The notes beneath the pieces are model-generated. The model did not search any database. It was not told the origin of the DNA and saw nothing but the letters and a program-made list of their open reading frames with translations. This document shows positions 58,290-64,000 of a stretch of 64,000 nt of DNA, piece after piece. Position 1 is the first letter of the stretch; every line of letters starts with the position of its first letter. Origin of the DNA: an uncultured Clostridia bacterium. GTDB lineage: Bacteria; Bacillota; Clostridia; Christensenellales; UBA1242. The translations under genes were made by a program, and so were the position numbers. The stretch lies in assembly GCA_930990515.1 (NCBI GenBank), contig CAKNPS010000002.1:189327-253326 (forward strand), given 5' to 3'.

Positions 58290-60893
58290 ATGGAATTTTA
58301 TAAAGAAACAATTGAGAAATGTTTAAATCATTTTTCTTCAAATAAAAATGGGCTTTCATATTCTGAAGTAAATTCCAGAATTAAGGAAAGTGGAGAATAC
58401 ACCATTAAAAAAGAGAAGAAAACAAATTTATTTATAAAATTTTTAGCACAATTAAAAGAATTAATGGTTTTAATTCTTCTTATCTCTGCAATTATCTCAA
58501 TTGTTATTGGAATTGTTGAAAATTCCACAAGTGAAATTATTGATGGAGCAATAATTTTATGCATTGTGGTTATGAATGCTATTTTTGGTGTTTTTCAAGA
58601 GCATAAAACGGAAAAAGCAATTGAAAGTTTAAAGAAAATGGCAGAATCAGAAACATTGGTTTTGCGTTCGGGGAAAGTGGAAAAAATTCCTTCAAGTTCG
58701 CTTGTTTTTGGAGATATTGTGGTTTTGGAAGCAGGTTCAATTGTTCCAGCAGATTTAAGACTTATAGAAACCGTCAATTTTAAAGTGAATGAATCTTCTT
58801 TGACTGGCGAAAGTGAAGGTGTAACAAAGAGTGCCGATGTTGTTTATGACAAAAATGTTCCAGTTGCTGAAAGAAAAAACATTGCCTACTGTGGCAGTGT
58901 GGTGGAAAATGGACACGCAAAAGGTGTTGTAGTAAATTTAGGTAAAGCAACGGAATTTGGAAAAATTGCAGAAAGCATCAAAGACACAAAAAAGGAGCTT
59001 ACACCACTTCAAAAAGACATTCAATCTGTTGGAAAAATTTTAACTTACTTAATTTTATTAATTGCTGGAATAACATTCATCTTGGAAGTTGTTGCTCGTC
59101 CTGATGAAATCTTAAATGCGTTTTTGACTGCAGTTGCAATATCTGTCGCTGCCATTCCTGAAAGTATGCCAGCGGTCATAACAATCATTATGAGTTTAGG
59201 AATTTCCGAACTAAGTAAACAAAAAGCCATAGTCAAGAAAATGCACGCTGTGGAAACTTTAGGTTGTTGTGATGTCATTTGTTCAGACAAAACTGGAACA
59301 ATCACTCAAAACAAAATGTCGGTTGAAGAAATTTATTGCAATTTCACAGAAAAAGATAAGTTTTATGATTTGTTTTTAAAAGATATGGTGCTATGTAGTG
59401 ATGCTCAAATTGGGAAAGAAGGATATGTTGGCGACCCAACAGAAGTTGCCCTTTTAAATTATGCCAAGAAAAAAGGCGTCTTAAAAGAAGAATGGCAAAT
59501 TCCGCGTTTAAAAGAAAATTCATTTTCTTCCACTCGCAAAATGATGTCCACATTGAATCAAATTGGAAATAAAAAAATCTTATTTGTCAAAGGTGCGCTT
59601 GACCGAATTTTAGAAAAATGCTCTTATATCGCAAAGGGCGAAAATGTTTTGCCGATTACTGATAAGCACAAAAAAGAAATTTTGAAAGTTAATTCAAATA
59701 TGTGCAGTAATGCTTTACGAGTTCTCGCTTTTGCATACAAAGAAAGCGAAGATGCTGATGAAAATAATTTAATATTTTTAGGCCTTTGCGGTATGCAAGA
59801 CCCACCACGACCAGAAATTTATGAAGCAGTGAGTAAATGTCGAAAAGCTGGAATGCGTCCAGTAATGATAACTGGCGATTACAAAGATACCGCTTTTGCG
59901 ATTGCCAAAAAAATTGGCATTGCAGAAAAAGAAAAAGAAGTTATGTCTGGAGAAGAAATTGATGGATATAACAATGAAGAATTTGCAAAAATTGTGGAAA
60001 AAGTCAATGTTTTTGCCAGAGTAAGTCCTGCTCATAAATCCAGAATTGTGGAAGCCTTAAAAAAGAACGGACACAATGTTGCAATGACAGGCGATGGCGT
60101 CAATGATGCACCAAGTATGAAAAAAGCAAGTATTGGCATTGGAATGGGAAAAAGTGGAACAGATGTCACAAAAGAAGTTGCGGACCTAATCATAACTGAC
60201 GATAATTTTGCCACAATCATTGTTGCAGTAGAGCAGGGAAGAAAAATATATAGTAACATTCAAAAAACAATCAAATTTCTTTTTTCGGCTAATATGGCAG
60301 AAATTCTAGCACTCTTCTTTTTAACAATAATTTATCCAAATCTTACTTTTCTTCTTCCAGTCCAAATTCTCTTTGTAAATTTAATTACAGACAGTCTTCC
60401 AGCGATTGCTTTAGGTGTGGAGAAAGTGGAAACGGGAGTAATGAATGAGAAACCGCGTGACCAAAAAAGTGGACTATTTTCAAACGGCGTTGGGGTGAGT
60501 ATTTTTGTTTTAGGAATGGTGCAAACAATTTTGACGCTTGGGGCTTATTTATTTGGATTCTATCTATATAATGAGCAAGTGGCAATGACAATGGCATTTT
60601 ACACCTTAAACTTCATTCAACTTTTTTATATGTTCACTGCTCGCTCAAAGGAATGTTGTTTCAAAACCAACCCGTTTAAAAATAAATTTTTCACTCTGTC
60701 AATGGTTGTTGGCTTTGGACTTTTAACTATTATTGCAACCACTGATTTTAAAAATCTTTTAAAACTTACTTCACTTGATGTTTCTTGTTGGCTCATAGTT
60801 TTAGTTTTCTCAATTTCAATAATTTTCATTGGGGAATTATATAAAATTATTGAAAAGAAAATTTTAAAAAAGAAAAAATCTAAAAATTCCTAA
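58290..60893 (+). CDS. P-type cation-transporting ATPase, P2 (Ca2+-type, YloB/SERCA-like)
   Basis: The actuator motif TGES, phosphorylation motif 'CSDKTGTITQNKM', 'MITGDYKDTA', 'TGDGVNDAPSMKKA' and M4 'IPESMPAV' are present. The protein is 867 aa with about 10 TM helices. Confidence 0.93.
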   Translation: MEFYKETIEKCLNHFSSNKNGLSYSEVNSRIKESGEYTIKKEKKTNLFIKFLAQLKELMVLILLISAIISIVIGIVENSTSEIIDGAIILCIVVMNAIFGVFQEHKTEKAIESLKKMAESETLVLRSGKVEKIPSSSLVFGDIVVLEAGSIVPADLRLIETVNFKVNESSLTGESEGVTKSADVVYDKNVPVAERKNIAYCGSVVENGHAKGVVVNLGKATEFGKIAESIKDTKKELTPLQKDIQSVGKILTYLILLIAGITFILEVVARPDEILNAFLTAVAISVAAIPESMPAVITIIMSLGISELSKQKAIVKKMHAVETLGCCDVICSDKTGTITQNKMSVEEIYCNFTEKDKFYDLFLKDMVLCSDAQIGKEGYVGDPTEVALLNYAKKKGVLKEEWQIPRLKENSFSSTRKMMSTLNQIGNKKILFVKGALDRILEKCSYIAKGENVLPITDKHKKEILKVNSNMCSNALRVLAFAYKESEDADENNLIFLGLCGMQDPPRPEIYEAVSKCRKAGMRPVMITGDYKDTAFAIAKKIGIAEKEKEVMSGEEIDGYNNEEFAKIVEKVNVFARVSPAHKSRIVEALKKNGHNVAMTGDGVNDAPSMKKASIGIGMGKSGTDVTKEVADLIITDDNFATIIVAVEQGRKIYSNIQKTIKFLFSANMAEILALFFLTIIYPNLTFLLPVQILFVNLITDSLPAIALGVEKVETGVMNEKPRDQKSGLFSNGVGVSIFVLGMVQTILTLGAYLFGFYLYNEQVAMTMAFYTLNFIQLFYMFTARSKECCFKTNPFKNKFFTLSMVVGFGLLTIIATTDFKNLLKLTSLDVSCWLIVLVFSISIIFIGELYKIIEKKILKKKKSKNS

Positions 60894-60903
60894 TTATAAT
60901 ATG

Positions 60904-60941
60904 AAAAAATGCATAAAAATTTAGTTTTTTATGCATTTTTT
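60904..60941 (+). terminator. Intrinsic terminator after the P-type ATPase gene
   Basis: Perfect stem aaaaaatgcataaaaa (60904-60919) / tttttatgcatttttt (60926-60941) around a short t-rich loop (tttag, 60920-60924), running into a T-rich tail. Confidence 0.75.
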
Positions 60942-61027
60942 ATTTATTTTTTAAATTAATTTAATAATTTTATTTTTTATATTTTAATTTTCTAATTTAA
61001 ATAAATAAAAAGATAATAACTTTTTTG

Positions 61028-61056
61028 TGGACATTTTAGTGGTTTTGTGCTAAAAT
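61028..61056 (+). promoter_or_regulatory. Sigma-A-type promoter for holB (candidate leaderless transcript)
   Basis: TGGACA (61028-61033), 17-nt spacer, extended -10 TGcTAAAAT (hexamer 61051-61056). The ATG at 61063 lies 6 nt after the -10 and has no SD. Confidence 0.5.
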
Positions 61057-61062
61057 ATTCTT

Positions 61063-62019
61063 ATGAGTTTAGCAGAAGTTATTAAGAACCAGAATTTTTA
61101 TAAAAAACTAGAAGGGAAAAAGGATACAAGCACTTTCTCAAATTCTATTATGTTTTTTTGTGAAGATGACAAAACAAGCGAATTAGTTTTAGTTTTAACT
61201 GCTCTTATGTTAAGTTACAAAACTTATCAACTTTTTGATGAAAACTCAAGTGAATATCAAAGAATAATTAAAGATGCCGATTTAGACTGCAAGATCTATC
61301 CGAAAAACAAAGAAAAACTTTTGGTGTCTGATTCTAATGAGATTGTTGATGAAACTTTTGTGAAACCAGTAAATTTGGAGAATAAAATTTTTATTATTAA
61401 AAATATTGATAATTCCACAGAGCAAGCGCAAAACAAACTTTTGAAAGTTTTGGAAGAACCGCCAAAAAATGTCTATTTTCTTTTAAGTTGTGCATCAAGT
61501 GATAAGGTTTTGCCGACAATAAAATCTCGCTGTGATAAAATTACTGTGGAAAAGCTTGAGATGGAAGAACTTAAAAAAGTTTGTCCGAATTCTCTTGCAG
61601 TGACACTGAGTGATGGCTATATTGGACAGGCGGTTGAACTTTCAAAAAAGAAAAATCTTGTTGACATTGTTGATTTTGCAGTCAGTCTAGTTAGTGAGAT
61701 GAAAAATAGTTCGCAAGTTCTTCGCTTTTCAAAGAAGTTTGCAGAATTTGAAAATGATTTGGAACTTGTTTTGAAAGTTTTTTCTATCTGCCTTGAAGAT
61801 ATGCTTAAAATTAAATCTGAAAAAGTGGAATTATGCAAACTTAAAGAATATTTACCAATTTTAAATTCAGTTGAAAATGAATTTTCGGTTATGGCTATTT
61901 GCGAAATCGACAATTTGATTTTGCATTTTATGGAAAAGATGCGATTTAATGCAAATATGCTTGTTTCAATTGACAATTTTTTACTCAAAATTTTGGAGGT
62001 TAAATATATATGCAAATAA
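61063..62019 (+). CDS. holB: DNA polymerase III subunit delta'
   Basis: 'NKLLKVLEEPPKNVYFLL' and 'TIKSRC' motifs are present. The P-loop region is degenerate, as expected for delta'. The conserved holB-yaaT gene order is kept. Confidence 0.8.
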   Translation: MSLAEVIKNQNFYKKLEGKKDTSTFSNSIMFFCEDDKTSELVLVLTALMLSYKTYQLFDENSSEYQRIIKDADLDCKIYPKNKEKLLVSDSNEIVDETFVKPVNLENKIFIIKNIDNSTEQAQNKLLKVLEEPPKNVYFLLSCASSDKVLPTIKSRCDKITVEKLEMEELKKVCPNSLAVTLSDGYIGQAVELSKKKNLVDIVDFAVSLVSEMKNSSQVLRFSKKFAEFENDLELVLKVFSICLEDMLKIKSEKVELCKLKEYLPILNSVENEFSVMAICEIDNLILHFMEKMRFNANMLVSIDNFLLKILEVKYICK

Positions 62020-62828
62020 ATGTTGTTGGTGTTAAATTTAAAAATAGTAATCATTTATACAGTTTTTCCCCGAATGGGCTGACACTCAAAAAGGGAGATT
62101 ATGTGATTGTGGAGACCGAAAAAGGTCAGGACCTTGGCGTTGTTGTGAAAGAAGAAGAAAAAGTGAATGCTGAAGATTTGGTTTCCGCACTTAAGAATGT
62201 TGTGAAAATTGCCACTCCTGAAATGGTTAAAAAAGCGGAAGAATATGATAAAGAAGCGGAAAAATTAACGCCGAAAGTTAAGGAGATTGTAAAATCTTTT
62301 ATTCTTGAAATGAAAATTGTGAAAGTGGAAGCAAGTTTTGACAATTCAAAAATCATAATAAACTTCACAGCAGAAAATCGGGTCGATTTTCGTGACCTTG
62401 TGAAAAAACTTGCAGAATCTTTTAAAACCAGGGTAGAGTTAAGGCAAATTGGAAGTCGTGATGAAGTGAGAATGATAGGTGGTTTTGGTCCTTGTGGAAA
62501 GATTTGTTGCTGTGTGCAAAATTTTGGAGAGTTCGACCACGTTTCAATGAAAATGGCAAAAAATCAAAATCTTTCTCTCAATCCTTCAAATATCAGTGGG
62601 CTTTGTGGAAAACTTATGTGTTGTCTTGCCTATGAAAATCCAATTTATCAAGAATCAATCAAACTTATGCCAAAGGTGGGAAGTGAAGTCCAAACATTAG
62701 ATGGAAAAGGTGTGGTTGTTTATAACGACCTACTCGATAGAAAAGTTGACATAAAGTTTACAAAGGGCGATGATACAGAAATTAAAACATATAACTTAGA
62801 AGATGTAAAATTTAAAAAGGAAAATTAA
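62010..62828 (+). CDS. ricT: PSP1-domain protein (stage 0 sporulation protein YaaT / RicT)
   Basis: 'FKTRVELRQIGSRDEVRMIGGFGPCGKICCC' and 'SGLCGKLMCCLAYE' Cys clusters are typical of PSP1/YaaT. It overlaps the holB end by 10 nt, and GGAGG lies upstream. Confidence 0.85.
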   Translation: MQINVVGVKFKNSNHLYSFSPNGLTLKKGDYVIVETEKGQDLGVVVKEEEKVNAEDLVSALKNVVKIATPEMVKKAEEYDKEAEKLTPKVKEIVKSFILEMKIVKVEASFDNSKIIINFTAENRVDFRDLVKKLAESFKTRVELRQIGSRDEVRMIGGFGPCGKICCCVQNFGEFDHVSMKMAKNQNLSLNPSNISGLCGKLMCCLAYENPIYQESIKLMPKVGSEVQTLDGKGVVVYNDLLDRKVDIKFTKGDDTEIKTYNLEDVKFKKEN

Positions 62829-63496
62829 TGGACTTAGAAAAGGGCGAGCGTTTAGAAGATTTAGGTTGCAAAAATCTTAAAATAATTCAAAATAAAAATC
62901 TCTACACCTTCACATCTGACAGTGTTATTTTGGCTAATTTTTTGAAAATAAAATCAAAAGAAAGTGCCGTAGAAATTGGTGGTGGAAGTGGGGTTATTTC
63001 TATTCTCGCCACAGCAAAAAATAAAGTAAAAAAAATAAAAATTTTTGAAATTCAAGAAAATTTGCAAAAATTATGCGAAAAAAACATAAAAATAAACAAT
63101 TTAAATGATGTTTTAGAATTAATTTCTGATGATGTAAGGAATTTTAAAAAATATGTTGAAGTTGGAAGTCAAGATGTTGTCTTTTCCAATCCGCCATATT
63201 TTTTGGTTGATAAAACGGAAAATTCAGTTAGAAAATTTGCTCGGCAAGAAGTATTTTTAAATTTAAAAGATTTAATAAAAATTTCTTCACAAATGCTTAA
63301 GTATGGTGGAAGGCTTTATTTGATTTATCCAGCTTCGCGTTTATGTGAATTGATTTATGAATGTGAGAAAAATGATATAAAAATCAAAAAATTGTTTTTT
63401 ACGGAAAACAAAAACAAGGTTGTCAATTTGGTGGTTATTGAAGGAAGAAAAAATGGGAGTGATGGGGTTCAATTTCTTCCAACAATTGAAGTATGA
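62828..63496 (+). CDS. Class I SAM-dependent methyltransferase with NPPY motif (YabB/TrmN6-like, N6-adenine type)
   Basis: 'AVEIGGGSGVIS' (motif I) and 'VFSNPPYF' (motif IV) are present. There is a TAATG overlap with the upstream gene, and the position after yaaT matches that of yabB. Confidence 0.8.
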   Translation: MDLEKGERLEDLGCKNLKIIQNKNLYTFTSDSVILANFLKIKSKESAVEIGGGSGVISILATAKNKVKKIKIFEIQENLQKLCEKNIKINNLNDVLELISDDVRNFKKYVEVGSQDVVFSNPPYFLVDKTENSVRKFARQEVFLNLKDLIKISSQMLKYGGRLYLIYPASRLCELIYECEKNDIKIKKLFFTENKNKVVNLVVIEGRKNGSDGVQFLPTIEV

Positions 63497-63509
63497 AAGG
63501 TGATTATGA

Positions 63510-64000
63510 ATGGAAAAGGGAATAAGTTACTTTTTTGGATATAAAGTTGGAGCTAAAAACCTGGCAAAACTAATTAAAGATGCGGGCTTTGATTCTGTGA
63601 TTACAAGTGCAGATAAGAGATTTAACAAGGAAAATGGAAGAATTTCTTATCAAATTAAAAAGTTAAAAAAATATGGCTTGAAACCTTCAAGTCTACATTT
63701 TACATACAATGCAAGTGAACTTCATTATTTTTGGGAAGAAGGAAAGGAAGGTGAACGTTTAAAGAAAAACTTAATTAAAGATGTTAAGATTGCAAAAAAA
63801 TATGGCTTTAAATGTGTTGTTGTTCACCTTTTTGGCAAATATTCTGAAATTGGAGAGAAAAGGTTAAGAGAAGTTTTAGATGTTTGCGAAAAATTAAATG
63901 TCCCACTTGCGGTTGAAAATATTAATGATAAAGAAACTTTTGTTAAAACTTTTGAAAATATCAAACATAAAATGCTAAGATTTTGCTATGACTCTGGGCA
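63510..64000 (+). CDS. Sugar-phosphate isomerase/epimerase (xylose-isomerase-like TIM barrel) family protein, 3'-truncated by the window edge
   Basis: It is absent from the ORF track because it has no stop within the window. ATG 63510 is preceded by AAAGGTGA. The frame stays open to position 64000: MEKGISYFFGYKVGAKNLAKLIKDAGFDSV...FKCVVVHLFG...VPLAVENIND...LRFCYDSG. The VVH / AVEN pattern is typical of this fold. ATG 63506 in another frame stops after 12 codons. Confidence 0.5.
   Translation, partial: MEKGISYFFGYKVGAKNLAKLIKDAGFDSVITSADKRFNKENGRISYQIKKLKKYGLKPSSLHFTYNASELHYFWEEGKEGERLKKNLIKDVKIAKKYGFKCVVVHLFGKYSEIGEKRLREVLDVCEKLNVPLAVENINDKETFVKTFENIKHKMLRFCYDSG

Noticed and set aside
63506-63544. 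ATG 63506 as the start of the last gene
   Set aside because: That frame stops after 12 codons (TAA 63542-63544). The +1 frame from ATG 63510 stays open to the window edge.
1-64000. Alternative genetic code (TGA = Trp, Mollicutes-like), considered because of the extreme AT-richness
   Set aside because: TGA terminates long, well-supported ORFs (4086-4088, 7980-7982, 33880-33882). All conserved proteins are full length under the standard code.
1-64000. Mobile elements, a prophage, CRISPR arrays, diversity-generating retroelements or defence islands associated with the giant genes
   Set aside because: No transposase, integrase, reverse transcriptase or cas-like ORF was seen in any frame of the track, and no spaced direct-repeat array. 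The flanking genes are core housekeeping genes.

Overview
This is a strongly AT-rich chromosomal segment that uses the standard genetic code: TGA terminates the long ORFs at 4086-4088 and 7980-7982. The gene content fits a low-GC, spore-forming Bacillota-type genome (yabP/yabQ, PSP1/YaaT, holB, dnaB, typA, gltX, pflBA, uppP). Nearly all genes lie on the + strand; only the yabP-yabQ cluster at 14530-15414 is on the - strand. About 47% of the window is two uninterrupted giant surface-protein genes. One is a 3600-aa lipoprotein (17047-27849). The other is a 6444-aa signal-peptide protein with a C-terminal TM anchor (37854-57188). Both carry GLUG-motif modules, and a third GLUG protein (318-4088) has a cytoplasmic zinc-ribbon/TPR region and is start/stop-abutted to a Vps4-like AAA ATPase fragment. 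I found no rRNA, tRNA, CRISPR array, transposase, integrase or phage gene. Three signals stand out. (1) Two sequence-divergent but architecture-identical four-helix 'cloverleaf' nested palindromes sit right after stop codons (9807-9893 and 57191-57264). (2) A G9 homopolymer lies inside a processive GT2 glycosyltransferase gene (4804-4812), a candidate phase-variation switch. (3) The AAA / zinc-ribbon-TM-GLUG gene pair, together with GLUG modules on three different membrane anchors. Several sigma-A-type promoters (TTGACx-17-TGnTAAAAT), intrinsic terminators, two candidate leaderless mRNAs and some 5'-UTR structures can also be read. All protein-family calls come from motif recognition by eye; no searches were run.
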